DNA of 64,000 nucleotides, taken from Synechococcus sp. UW140 (lineage in GTDB: Bacteria > Bacteroidota > Bacteroidia > Chitinophagales > Chitinophagaceae). A program made the position numbers and the translations under genes. The notes below the pieces were generated by a model that was not told where the DNA came from, did no database searches, and was given only the letters and a program-made list of their open reading frames with translations. The DNA is taken from positions 7,677-71,676 of the forward strand of contig CALRUG020000001.1 in NCBI GenBank assembly GCA_943371295.1. Direction: 5' to 3'. Shown here piece by piece: positions 10,526-20,771 of this stretch. The number at the start of each line of letters is the position of its first letter. Position 1 is the stretch's first letter.

Positions 10526-11457
10526 TGTTGCCCATTCAACAACATACCCAACAAGTTAAGCGAATTGCAAAAAAACTAGGCTTTGATTACTGTGGTATTG
10601 CCAAAGCAGTGAAATTAGAAGAGGAAGCAAGAAAGCTTGAAAAATGGCTGCACCAAGGAATGCATGGCAAAATGCATTACATGGAAAATCATTTTGATTT
10701 ACGTGTAGACCCAACCAAATTGGTGCCCGGCGCAAAGTCGGTGATTACGGTACTCAAGAATTATTATCCCTCCGCCAAACAAGAACCTAATACCCCTAAG
10801 ATTGCTAAATATGCTTGGGGAAAAGATTATCATGAAGTCATTCGTGCACAACTAAAAATATTTCTATCAGAATTAAACGAAAAAATTGGCGCAATAAACG
10901 GTAGAGGTTTTGTGGATTCTGCGCCAGTTTTAGAAAGGGCTTGGGCAGTTCAATCTGGATTGGGTTGGGTAGGCAAAAATGGGAACCTCATTCACAAGCA
11001 ATCAGGCTCATTCTTTTTTATTGCAACATTAATTGTTGATTTAGCGCTAGAAGCAGATAATGCATTTGCAAAAGATTATTGTGGCACTTGTACCAAGTGC
11101 ATTGATGCTTGTCCAACAGAAGCCATTTTACCCGATAAACAAATTGATGGAAGTAAATGCATCAGTTATTATACGATTGAATTGAAAGACGCACTGCTTC
11201 CCGACCATTTAAAAGATGCATTTAATAATTGGATGTTTGGATGCGATATATGCCAAGATATTTGTCCTTGGAACCGTTTTAGTAAGCAACACGATGAACC
11301 TTTATTTGAGCCCATTCCCGCTGTTTTGAATTTGACCACTAGCCAATGGGAAGAATTATCGGAAGAGTCTTTTAAAATAATTTTTAAAGACAGCCCATTA
11401 AAGCGAACAAAATTCAGTGGAATCAAAAGAAATCTGCGCTTGATCCAATCCCTCTAG
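10525..11457 (+). CDS. queG: tRNA epoxyqueuosine(34) reductase QueG
   Basis: YAWGKDYH, FVDSAPVLERAWA, 4Fe-4S motifs CGTCTKCIDACPT and FGCDICQDICPWN. Confidence 0.96.
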   Translation: MLPIQQHTQQVKRIAKKLGFDYCGIAKAVKLEEEARKLEKWLHQGMHGKMHYMENHFDLRVDPTKLVPGAKSVITVLKNYYPSAKQEPNTPKIAKYAWGKDYHEVIRAQLKIFLSELNEKIGAINGRGFVDSAPVLERAWAVQSGLGWVGKNGNLIHKQSGSFFFIATLIVDLALEADNAFAKDYCGTCTKCIDACPTEAILPDKQIDGSKCISYYTIELKDALLPDHLKDAFNNWMFGCDICQDICPWNRFSKQHDEPLFEPIPAVLNLTTSQWEELSEESFKIIFKDSPLKRTKFSGIKRNLRLIQSL

Positions 11458-11614
11458 CCTGGAAAAACTGCATTTTTTGCGGTTTTATGCATTTTTTAAA
11501 GCCGTATTTAATAGTTTTCCCCATTTATTCACCGTTTATATAAACAAAACCAAGAAATTACCGCACATATTATATATTTATGATGTTTTTATAAAACTCC
11601 AAAACGATACGCAT

Positions 11615-14600
11615 ATGAATGTTAACTATGGCAAGGCCAATGTTATATCGAAGTTGTGCTTCCTTCTCTTCGGTATCACATTAACAATTGGCTTACAAGC
11701 CCAAACAACCATTAAAGGAAAAGTAACAGACAGCAAAGGGCAACCAATTCCTGGCGCATCAGTTACCATTAAAAACTCAGGGGCAGGAACTGCTTCTAGT
11801 ACAGATGGTACTTATCAGTTTATTGCCAATTTAAAACAAGGCAAGTATGATGTAGTTATTTCTTCTGTTGGATTTAGGTCTGCAGAAAAAAATATCACCA
11901 TCAGTGCCACTACTGGCAGTTTTAGTTTTGATGCTTCTTTAAAAGAAGATGCAACCGGACTAGACGAAGTAGTTGTTACAGGTACATCACAAGGAACTAC
12001 CAAAAAGCAATTAGGTAATTACATTGGAACGGTAAAAGGAAGTCAAATTAATAATGCTGGATCTCCTAATGCCATTGCTTCTTTGCAGGGTAAAGTGCCA
12101 GGAGCACAAATTACACAGAACTCAGGTGACCCTGCTGGCGGTATGAGTGTAAAATTACGTGGTGTTAGTTCTATCTCCGGATCTTCTGATCCGTTGTATA
12201 TTATTGACGGGGTTATTTTAAACAACTCGAATGCAAGAGTAACTAATGCGCAAAGTGATTACGATACTTATGGTAGCGTAGGACAAAATAGAATGGTAGA
12301 TATTAACCCCAATGATATTGATCGAATTGAGGTATTGAATGGAGCTGCAGCAGCTGCTATTTATGGTAGCCGTGCAAATGCGGGGGTTATCCAAATTTTT
12401 ACAAAAAGAGGATCTACAGGTGCACCTAAAATTACATTCAGTTCAAAAGTGAGTACCAATTCATTAAGAAAAAGATTGGTATTCAACAATGCTACTACTA
12501 AGTTTGGTGGACCAACTGATGGAGCTGGTGCTCAAACACAAGACATTTTAACACCTGCTTTAACCACTACATCTCCTGTTACTCGTTACGATTACCAAGA
12601 TGATATTTTCAGAACAGGATATGGTACAGACAACAACGTTTCTATTACAGGTGGACAAGACAAAATGCGCTACTTTGCTTCTTTAAATTACAATAGCAAC
12701 CAAGGTATTATTAGAGGTACAGACAATACCCGTTTCGGTTTCAGATTAAATTTAGACAACAAAGTAAACAACTGGTTTAGTTGGAATGCAGGTATTAATT
12801 ATACCAACAATGCTACCAATGAAAAGCCAGATGGAAACAGTTTCTTCTCTCCTATTAACTCTATGACCATTATTGGGAACTTCCACAATATTGGATTAAG
12901 AGATGCAAATGGAAATTTACAAGCTGTAGGTGAAAGAGGTCGTGTAAATCCTTTAACGATCATTAACGATATCAAACAAAGAAACGTAACCAGTAGAACA
13001 GTTTCGAATGTAGGATTCAAGTTATTCCCAGTAAAAGGCTTAGTAATCGACTACACTGCAGGTTTAGATAATATTGCACAAAACGGAACTACTTTTATTC
13101 CTCCATTCCCATACAATGCTAGCCCAGGATTTTATGGTGGTGGTGCAACATTAGACCCAACATTGAATGGTTATGCAAGTGCAGCAAGTTTTAACTCTAC
13201 GTTCTTTAACCACGATTTAAACTTTACCTACACAACACAATTAACCAACAAATTGTCTTCAGTAACACAGTTTGGATATTCTGAGCAGTATGAAAAAGCC
13301 AATTATATATTAGCACAAAGCCGTGGTTTATTACCTGGTATTTCAACTGCAACTGGTGGTAGTACTTTATTGCCTAACTCAGATGGAAGAAGCGAAAGAA
13401 CCATTCGCGGTTTCTTCTTACAACAAAACTTCAAATTCAATAACCAATTGTTTGTAACCGTTGCAGGAAGAATTGATGGGTCATCTGTATTTGATAAAAA
13501 CAATAGAAACTTCTTCTACCCTAAAGTAAGTGGTAACTATATTTTATCTGAAACAGAATTCTTTAAGAAATCTGCATTGGCCAATACAGTAGACGTATTC
13601 AAGATTCGTGCTGCTTATGGTGAAAGTGGAAACTTAACAGGTATTGGTGCTTATGATCGTTTCAATATTTACAATATCTCTCCTTTCTTAGGAAGAACCA
13701 GTTTAACTTCTCCTTCTGCAACCATTAGTTCTGATTTAAAACCAGAGCGTCAGAAAGAATTAGAAATTGGTACAGACATTGCTTTATTAGGCAATAGATT
13801 GCAATTCACTTTCAACTATTACAATAAGAAAGTAACAGACTTATTGGTTCCTAATATTACCAATGCGCCAAGTTCAGGTTTCCCAACAGCTACCAAGAAC
13901 GTAGGTTCATTAAGCAATAAAGGATTTGAAATTATGGTTACAGCAGTTCCAATTAAGAACAAGAACTTTACTTGGGAAATCACTGGTAACTTTAATAAAA
14001 ACAAAAACAGAATTGAAAACTTAGGCGTTCCATTCATCTCATTTGCAGCTCCTACTGGTGCGGTATTTGCGTTGATTCCAGGATATGATGCGCCAGTATT
14101 CTATTCTACTTTCTTTGCAAGAAATGCAAACGGAACAGAAGTGAAAAATGCAGCAGGAATCCCACAAACTGCAAGAGGGCCTATTGCAAATGGTCAACCA
14201 TTTGGAACACCAACTTTAGATCCAGCAACTGGCTTGCCATTTACTACAGGACCAAACTCTACTATCTTACGTTCTGTATTGGGTTCACCTAACCCAACTT
14301 ATACAGCTACATTAATCAACAGCTTTACCTACAAAAAATGGTCATTTGGATTCCAATTAGACAGAGTAGCTGGAGCAGAAGTATTTAATGCAGACTTTAG
14401 AACAAGACAGGGAGTAGGTAACGGAAGTGAATTTGCTCAAAGAGAACACAAGGGAGAAATTCCAAGAGGATATATCAGTGGAATTTACGGTATTGAAGAA
14501 TGGAGAGTAGACGATGGATCATTTACCAAATTACGCGAATTATCTGTTGGATATGCATTTGGAAAAGTAAGCAACTTGTTCAGCAATTTAACCGTAACAT

Positions 14601-14752
14601 TTACTGGAAGAAACTTAATCTCATGGGATAACTACAGAGGATACGATCCTGAAACCAACTCAACCGGACAAAGCAGTTTGTTTAGAGGAGTTGATTTTGG
14701 TAACGTACCTATTCCGAAGACTTTCCAACTCGGTGTTGTAGCAAATTTCTAA
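11615..14752 (+). CDS. SusC/RagA family TonB-dependent outer membrane transporter
   Basis: Carboxypeptidase-like N domain; plug PLYIIDG; DINPNDIDRIEVLNGAAAAAIYGSRANAGVIQIFTK; C-terminal F. Start moved to ATG 11615. Confidence 0.95.
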   Translation: MNVNYGKANVISKLCFLLFGITLTIGLQAQTTIKGKVTDSKGQPIPGASVTIKNSGAGTASSTDGTYQFIANLKQGKYDVVISSVGFRSAEKNITISATTGSFSFDASLKEDATGLDEVVVTGTSQGTTKKQLGNYIGTVKGSQINNAGSPNAIASLQGKVPGAQITQNSGDPAGGMSVKLRGVSSISGSSDPLYIIDGVILNNSNARVTNAQSDYDTYGSVGQNRMVDINPNDIDRIEVLNGAAAAAIYGSRANAGVIQIFTKRGSTGAPKITFSSKVSTNSLRKRLVFNNATTKFGGPTDGAGAQTQDILTPALTTTSPVTRYDYQDDIFRTGYGTDNNVSITGGQDKMRYFASLNYNSNQGIIRGTDNTRFGFRLNLDNKVNNWFSWNAGINYTNNATNEKPDGNSFFSPINSMTIIGNFHNIGLRDANGNLQAVGERGRVNPLTIINDIKQRNVTSRTVSNVGFKLFPVKGLVIDYTAGLDNIAQNGTTFIPPFPYNASPGFYGGGATLDPTLNGYASAASFNSTFFNHDLNFTYTTQLTNKLSSVTQFGYSEQYEKANYILAQSRGLLPGISTATGGSTLLPNSDGRSERTIRGFFLQQNFKFNNQLFVTVAGRIDGSSVFDKNNRNFFYPKVSGNYILSETEFFKKSALANTVDVFKIRAAYGESGNLTGIGAYDRFNIYNISPFLGRTSLTSPSATISSDLKPERQKELEIGTDIALLGNRLQFTFNYYNKKVTDLLVPNITNAPSSGFPTATKNVGSLSNKGFEIMVTAVPIKNKNFTWEITGNFNKNKNRIENLGVPFISFAAPTGAVFALIPGYDAPVFYSTFFARNANGTEVKNAAGIPQTARGPIANGQPFGTPTLDPATGLPFTTGPNSTILRSVLGSPNPTYTATLINSFTYKKWSFGFQLDRVAGAEVFNADFRTRQGVGNGSEFAQREHKGEIPRGYISGIYGIEEWRVDDGSFTKLRELSVGYAFGKVSNLFSNLTVTFTGRNLISWDNYRGYDPETNSTGQSSLFRGVDFGNVPIPKTFQLGVVANF

Positions 14753-14771
14753 CCAATCAAACTAGATTATC

Positions 14772-16079
14772 ATGAAAAAAATATTATTGATTATTTTATC
14801 CGGAGTAAGTTTGGTTGCTTGTAAGCAAGACTTTACCAATCCCGGCGCAATTGGCGATACAGATGCTTTTTCTACCCCAAGAGGATTAGCAGGTGTTGCT
14901 GTTGGATTACAAAACGTTTACAGCAATGGCAGGCTAAGCCCTGTGTACAATGGCATTACAGCAGCAGGTGCATTAACGAATGAATTCAGGTTAATGAATG
15001 CGGGTAATACCGATGAATTACAATTATTTACAGGAGGAGCTGTTGTAGACAATTTAAATGGCATTGTAGGCAATATGTGGACTTGGAACAACAAGATCAT
15101 TTATGATGCAGACAATGTAATTGCGGGTGCAAATAAATTAGGAGACAAAAACTATGCTTCTGGCTTATTGGCTTATGCGAGTATTTTTAAAGCAATGGCT
15201 ATTGGAAACTTAGCCATGTTCTTTGAACAAATTCCAGCAGCACCTGGAACACAAGCAGCACCAGCAGCATTCCAGAGTAGAGCAGATGGGTTTAGAAGAG
15301 CAGTTACTACTTTACGTGCAGCGCAAACCGCATTAGGAGCCAATGCACCAAGTGCAGCATTTTTTGCAAATGTGCCCACTACTATTACCCCTGCATTTTT
15401 TAATAATACCATCAATGCATTAATTGCTCGTTACAGTTTATTTGCAGGTGATTATGCAGGCGCATTAACAGCAGCCAATGCAGTAGACCTAAATTTTGGT
15501 GGTTCTGTGTTAAGCTATGATGCCATTGTAACCAACCCTATTTTTACTACTGCAACTGCAACCAACAACGTTTTTCAAATTTTGGATTCAACACTAGGAT
15601 TACCTACTGCATTGGCACCAGATTTGAACGACCAACGTATTGCGTTTTACACTGCAATCAATACAACCATTTTGCCACGTTACAGAATCAGAGGATTCTT
15701 TAGCAATGCAACACAGGCAATTCCTGTTTACTTACCAGATGAAATGCGTTTGATTAGAGCGGAGTGTTATGTAAGACAATCTGCACCTAATTTAACAGCA
15801 GCAGTAGCAGAAATTGATGCCGTAAGAACTCAATTACCAAGTGCTGATCCATTTGGCGTAGGAGGAGGACTAACAGCATATAGTGGAGCAGTTAGTGCTG
15901 CTGCATTAACCGATGAAATTTATCGTCAACGTTGTATTGAATTGTGTATGAGCGGAATGAGATTAGAAGACAATAGAAGACTAGGACGTCCTGCAGGCGA
16001 AAGAAGAAGAACCTTCTTCCCTTATCCTAGCAGAGAGCGAGACAACAATCCAAACACACCAGCAGATCCTGCTAACTAA
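14772..16079 (+). CDS. SusD/RagB family lipoprotein
   Basis: Lipobox LVAC; directly follows susC; EMRLIRAE and RCIEL...G.RLED.RR motifs. Confidence 0.92.
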   Translation: MKKILLIILSGVSLVACKQDFTNPGAIGDTDAFSTPRGLAGVAVGLQNVYSNGRLSPVYNGITAAGALTNEFRLMNAGNTDELQLFTGGAVVDNLNGIVGNMWTWNNKIIYDADNVIAGANKLGDKNYASGLLAYASIFKAMAIGNLAMFFEQIPAAPGTQAAPAAFQSRADGFRRAVTTLRAAQTALGANAPSAAFFANVPTTITPAFFNNTINALIARYSLFAGDYAGALTAANAVDLNFGGSVLSYDAIVTNPIFTTATATNNVFQILDSTLGLPTALAPDLNDQRIAFYTAINTTILPRYRIRGFFSNATQAIPVYLPDEMRLIRAECYVRQSAPNLTAAVAEIDAVRTQLPSADPFGVGGGLTAYSGAVSAAALTDEIYRQRCIELCMSGMRLEDNRRLGRPAGERRRTFFPYPSRERDNNPNTPADPAN

Positions 16080-16104
16080 TCTTTCTCTCCCAATTAGTTT
16101 GTAA

Positions 16105-16139
16105 AAAGGCCCCGATCATTTAATTGATTCGGGGCCTTT
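16105..16139 (+). terminator. Bidirectional intrinsic terminator between susD and the convergent SRPBCC gene
   Basis: AAAGGCCCCG...CGGGGCCTTT perfect stem flanked by A/T tracts. Confidence 0.8.
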
Positions 16140-16161
16140 CATTATAAGGTAAACACTAAAA

Positions 16162-16650
16162 TTATTGCTCTAGGTTTTTCTTAAGCGATTGTAAATTTTG
16201 CTCCATCATCGTACCCATGATTTTATCATTCATCATAGAACCAAATCGATCCCAAGGATACCATCCTAACTGTTGAACGAATTGCCATTGCACTACTACA
16301 TAATCTTGAGTATCATTACCGATGATGCGAATGGTACTAATTTGTTGTTGCCCATTCGGACTGGTCCAAGTTGAAACAACGGTAGAATCGGTTACTAGAC
16401 CAATCTGCACTTTTGTATTTCCTAATTGCGCATCGGTATCAGAAATAATTTTAACCGATGAATCATTCATCCCCGCAATCCATAGCTTCCATTGATTCAT
16501 ATTACCCACGCGAAATTGAATGGAGTCAATGGGTGCTTTAATATCCACTGCCCTAGACACTAATACCGTAGAAGGAAACAATAAACCCATTAAGGTAACA
16601 ATGATTCCTAAAACGATTAAACTTATCAAACCCAGTTTAATCAATTTCAT
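16162..16650 (-). CDS. SRPBCC/polyketide cyclase-like family protein
   Basis: N-terminal TM then VSRAVDIKAP...W..W pattern. Start at 16650, directly after the upstream stop. Confidence 0.7.
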   Translation of the reverse strand: MKLIKLGLISLIVLGIIVTLMGLLFPSTVLVSRAVDIKAPIDSIQFRVGNMNQWKLWIAGMNDSSVKIISDTDAQLGNTKVQIGLVTDSTVVSTWTSPNGQQQISTIRIIGNDTQDYVVVQWQFVQQLGWYPWDRFGSMMNDKIMGTMMEQNLQSLKKNLEQ

Positions 16651-16651
16651 T

Positions 16652-17761
16652 TTACTCCCATTTAAATGTTTTAAAAGCAACAACGTACACTACAACAATC
16701 CAAATACCCAACACCCCTAATTCGAGTGTACAATCCAATAAGCTTGCCCCTTCAAAAGCAATATTGCGCATGGCATTATTGAAATGTGTTAAAGGCAATA
16801 TGCGAGAAATAGGTTGCAACCAAGAAGGAAAATTATCAATAGAAAAAAAAGTGCCTGCTAATAAAAACTGAGGCAAGGTAATTAGGTTGGCGAAGGGAGG
16901 AATGGTGCTTTCGCTTTTAGCCACACTACTTACGATGAAACCAAATCCCATAAATAAAATCAATGCAACAAAACTAAGTGCCATGATTTCGGCAAAAGTG
17001 ACCAAGCCATTCACTAAAGTGAAACTAAAAGCATAGTGGCCTACCAAAATAATAATGACAGCAGTAATCATTTGAAAAATAACCCTACTCAACGCCTCGC
17101 CCAAAACAATATAGGATCGTTTAATGGGCGTTGCATAAAAACGCTTCAACACCAGTTGTTGTCTTAAATTAAAAAACAAAAAAGCAACGCCAAACACTCC
17201 TGCACTCAATAAAGAAAAACCCAATTGACCGGGTAAAATAAAATCGATGGTTCTATAGACTCTCCCAGGTACTTTCTTCACTTCCTTATTAATCACGGCA
17301 ATAGTAGGGGTTGATGGAAACTGCCGCTGATTAATCCCACTGATAACAGCATTCAATATAGACTGAAGCACTTGAATATTCTGCGGATTAGCAGCTTCAG
17401 AACTAGTGAGCTGAATACTATACGGGGCAACGGAATTAGTAGGTTGTGTTACAATATTAATGATGGCAGTAATTCTCCCTTTTTCTAAATCTTCTTTTAA
17501 TCGATCACCTGTTTTATCGGAGACCCTGATACCGGGAATATTTTTAAGACTTTGATAAATGGGATTCGTGGTATCAGAACCATTGGCAAAAGCAATATTC
17601 ACGCTCACTTTACCTCCCCCACCAATAAAGCCAAACACCAAGATAAAAATCATGGGGAAAGCAATGCTAAATATAACGGCAGAAGGACTTCTAAAAATTG
17701 ACCTTAAACTCGCTTTGGTAATGGCCATCATGGCCTGAAACTGGCTATACGCTTTGTTCAT
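16652..17761 (-). CDS. ABC-2 type transporter permease
   Basis: FSIAFPMIF; FILPG; C-terminal PQFLLAGTFFSIDNFPSWLQPISRILPLTH. Confidence 0.9.
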   Translation of the reverse strand: MNKAYSQFQAMMAITKASLRSIFRSPSAVIFSIAFPMIFILVFGFIGGGGKVSVNIAFANGSDTTNPIYQSLKNIPGIRVSDKTGDRLKEDLEKGRITAIINIVTQPTNSVAPYSIQLTSSEAANPQNIQVLQSILNAVISGINQRQFPSTPTIAVINKEVKKVPGRVYRTIDFILPGQLGFSLLSAGVFGVAFLFFNLRQQLVLKRFYATPIKRSYIVLGEALSRVIFQMITAVIIILVGHYAFSFTLVNGLVTFAEIMALSFVALILFMGFGFIVSSVAKSESTIPPFANLITLPQFLLAGTFFSIDNFPSWLQPISRILPLTHFNNAMRNIAFEGASLLDCTLELGVLGIWIVVVYVVAFKTFKWE

Positions 17762-17782
17762 CGGGCTAATTTATAGGCAAAT

Positions 17783-19543
17783 CTATTGTATATTAACAAG
17801 AAAGGGAATCCTTGCTTGAGGAACACCCACCCAATTTTTTACTTGTTTTAGTTCACGCATCACTTGAATGGCAGCAGGATCAAATTGCTCTTTCATTATT
17901 TCAGTAGAGACAGATTTTTTATACCCACTCATGATTTGCTCAATAAAATTCTTCTTCTCAGGGTACTCTTTCAATTTTACTTCCGACTTTTTGATATCAG
18001 CCATTCGAGCAGCACAATCAATGGCATCTTGCAAACCACCTACTCTATCTGTTAGTCCAATTTTTTTGGCACTGGTGCCTGTCCAAACACGACCTTGGGC
18101 AATACTGTCAACATTGGCCACACCTAATTTTCTACCATCAGCAACCCTTGCTAAAAAAGTAGCATAAATACTATCTACAGCAGATTGAAAAAACCTTTTT
18201 TCATTATCGCCTAGCGGCTTACTAATATCTCCCATATCGGCATAAGGAGCAGTTTTAACTCCATCGAATGTGACGCCAATTTTATTCTTAAAGAAAGATT
18301 GCATATTGGGCACAACACTAAATACACCAATAGAACCAGTAATGGTATTAGCATTGGCAAAAACAGAATCTGCATTACAAGCAATATAATAACCACCAGA
18401 AGCAGCCACATCACCCATGCTTACCACAACAGGTTTTTCTTTTCTAATCAAAGAAATTTCTCTCCAAATCACTTCACTTGCTAAGGAACTTCCCCCACCT
18501 GAGTTGATTCTAAAAACAACCGCTTTAATAGACTTGTCGAATCTTATTTTACGCAGGATATTTTTATAACTATCACTTCCAATCATTTCATCATCTCCTT
18601 GACCAGACACAATATCACCGTTTGCAAAAACCAAGGCAATTTTTTCCGAACCACTTGGTTCAAAATCGGCAGCTTGCGCATAATCAGAAAGTGCAACAAA
18701 ATTGATTCTGGTTTTGAGTTCTTGTCTTAATTTCTTACTGATACTGGCCTTAATTTGGTCATCGTATTTTAAGTCGTCTACTAACCCATATTTCTTGGCA
18801 TCATGTGCAGTTTGAACCAACCCCTTTAAAGCCAATGATCGTAGAACAGCAGTGTCTTTATTCCGAGACATGGCAGCTGCCTGTAAAAAATGGGTGTATA
18901 ATTCTCCCAACCAAACACCTGTTTGTAATTTATTGGCATCGGTCATTTTTGTTTCTCTTAAAGGCTCCGTTGCACTTTTAAATTTACCTGCATAAAAAAT
19001 CTGCGGTTGAATTTCTAGTTTATCTAACATTCCTTTTAAGAAAAATAAATTGGTAGAGAACCCACTCCAATCAACACCACCTTGCGGGTTACAATACAAT
19101 TCATCTGCAGCGCTACCAATATAATATCCTTTCTGTGAAATCACTTCCCCATGCGCAATCACAAACTTTCCACTGTTTTTAAAATCTACCACAGCTTTAC
19201 GCAATTCTTCACTCGCAGCAAAACCATTGGCATTATCGGCACAAAGAATATACAAACCTTTTACTGCAGAATCTTGCTTTGCATGCTTTAAAAGTTGAGT
19301 AACCTGAAATAAGGAAGGAGCAACGTCTTCACCTTCATTTAATAGCTCAGCAAAAGGATCTTCTTGGTATTGTTCTTTAAAAGCAACTGATAAATCTAAG
19401 ACCAACACCGCTTTAGACCCAATAATGGGTTTATCAGAAGATGCAGCGCTGGTAGCAATTCCAATCAACACAAATACCCCAATTACTGTAAAAAGCACCA
19501 AAGCAATAAAGGTTGCGAAAACTATTTTTAAAAATCCTCTCAT
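17783..19543 (-). CDS. sppA: Signal peptide peptidase SppA, 67K type
   Basis: Tandem S49 domains; GKFKSATEP; RINSGGGS; SMGDVAASGGY; TITGSIGV. Confidence 0.95.
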   Translation of the reverse strand: MRGFLKIVFATFIALVLFTVIGVFVLIGIATSAASSDKPIIGSKAVLVLDLSVAFKEQYQEDPFAELLNEGEDVAPSLFQVTQLLKHAKQDSAVKGLYILCADNANGFAASEELRKAVVDFKNSGKFVIAHGEVISQKGYYIGSAADELYCNPQGGVDWSGFSTNLFFLKGMLDKLEIQPQIFYAGKFKSATEPLRETKMTDANKLQTGVWLGELYTHFLQAAAMSRNKDTAVLRSLALKGLVQTAHDAKKYGLVDDLKYDDQIKASISKKLRQELKTRINFVALSDYAQAADFEPSGSEKIALVFANGDIVSGQGDDEMIGSDSYKNILRKIRFDKSIKAVVFRINSGGGSSLASEVIWREISLIRKEKPVVVSMGDVAASGGYYIACNADSVFANANTITGSIGVFSVVPNMQSFFKNKIGVTFDGVKTAPYADMGDISKPLGDNEKRFFQSAVDSIYATFLARVADGRKLGVANVDSIAQGRVWTGTSAKKIGLTDRVGGLQDAIDCAARMADIKKSEVKLKEYPEKKNFIEQIMSGYKKSVSTEIMKEQFDPAAIQVMRELKQVKNWVGVPQARIPFLVNIQ

Positions 19544-19601
19544 AATATTGAATTAACCGATTATTTATTAAAGATATTTGATGCTTAGTATACTACCAAT
19601 T

Positions 19602-20087
19602 ATGCCTCTAGCCTATTTATTAATCGGAAGCAACTTAGGAGATAAAGCAACTTATCTGAAAAATGCCAGTTCATATATACAACAACAATGTGGTCAAATA
19701 GTTAAACAATCCAGTTTTTATGAAACCGAACCCTGGGGATTTACCGATCAACCCAGCTTTTTGAATCAAGCCATTTGCATTCAAACCGAATTAGCACCCG
19801 CTCAATTAATGCAAACTTTGTTGAAAATAGAAAACGAAATGGGTAGAACCAGAAGCATAAAAATGGGACCCCGTACCATCGATTTAGACATTTTGCAAAT
19901 TGACCAGCAAATATTCGACACCTCCTTATTACAACTGCCCCACCCTGCCATGCATTTGAGGCGATTTGCATTAATACCCATGGAAGAAATAGCACCAACA
20001 TTGATGCATCCGGTATTCAATAAAACCATGACCCAGCTATTGTCAGCTTGCACAGACACAACCAATGTGCAAAAAAAAATCATGTAA
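19602..20087 (+). CDS. folK: 2-amino-4-hydroxy-6-hydroxymethyldihydropteridine pyrophosphokinase
   Basis: YLLIGSNLGD; YETEPWG; GPRTIDLDIL; LPHP motifs. Confidence 0.96.
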   Translation: MPLAYLLIGSNLGDKATYLKNASSYIQQQCGQIVKQSSFYETEPWGFTDQPSFLNQAICIQTELAPAQLMQTLLKIENEMGRTRSIKMGPRTIDLDILQIDQQIFDTSLLQLPHPAMHLRRFALIPMEEIAPTLMHPVFNKTMTQLLSACTDTTNVQKKIM

Positions 20088-20129
20088 GCAAGGGCTTAGC
20101 AATTAATTTTGACCGCATAGGATAATTAC

Positions 20130-20762
20130 ATGAAGCATCAGTTTATTACAATAGAGGGGAATATTGGAGCGGGCAAAACCACATTGGCAACCATACTGGC
20201 CAAAAAATTGAATGCGAGAATTATTTTAGAAGAATTTGCAGAAAATCCTTTCTTGTCTAAATTCTATGATAATCCGGGGCAATATGCATTTCCTTTAGAA
20301 TTGTTTTTTATGGCGGAACGCTATAAACAATTAAAAGAAATGGTGCATACCAAGGATTTGTTTCAAAGCATTACGGTTTCTGATTATTTGTTTACGAAGT
20401 GTTTATTGTTTGCGAAAGTAAATTTACCAGAAGAAGAATTTAGGTTGTATCAGAAACTATTTGATATTATTCATCAGCAATTGGTGTTCCCCGATGTGTT
20501 AATTTATTTGCATGCGCCCGTAAATAAGTTGCAGCAAAACATCAAAAAAAGGAATCGCCCATTTGAACAAGCCATTCCAGATGAATATTTATTCAATATT
20601 CAGGAAACCTATACCCATTATATTAAACAACATAATATCAAAACCATTTTTGTAGATGCCAGCAATGCCGATTTCATAGGCAATGAAGCACATGTTGATA
20701 TTATACTGGATGCTTTAGAAAAGGACCTAGACTACGGACAACATTATTTTACGCTACCCTAG
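20130..20762 (+). CDS. Deoxynucleoside kinase
   Basis: IEGNIGAGKTT P-loop; ELFFMAERY; adjacent to folK as is common in Bacteroidota. Confidence 0.92.
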   Translation: MKHQFITIEGNIGAGKTTLATILAKKLNARIILEEFAENPFLSKFYDNPGQYAFPLELFFMAERYKQLKEMVHTKDLFQSITVSDYLFTKCLLFAKVNLPEEEFRLYQKLFDIIHQQLVFPDVLIYLHAPVNKLQQNIKKRNRPFEQAIPDEYLFNIQETYTHYIKQHNIKTIFVDASNADFIGNEAHVDIILDALEKDLDYGQHYFTLP

Positions 20763-20771
20763 AACCAAACA

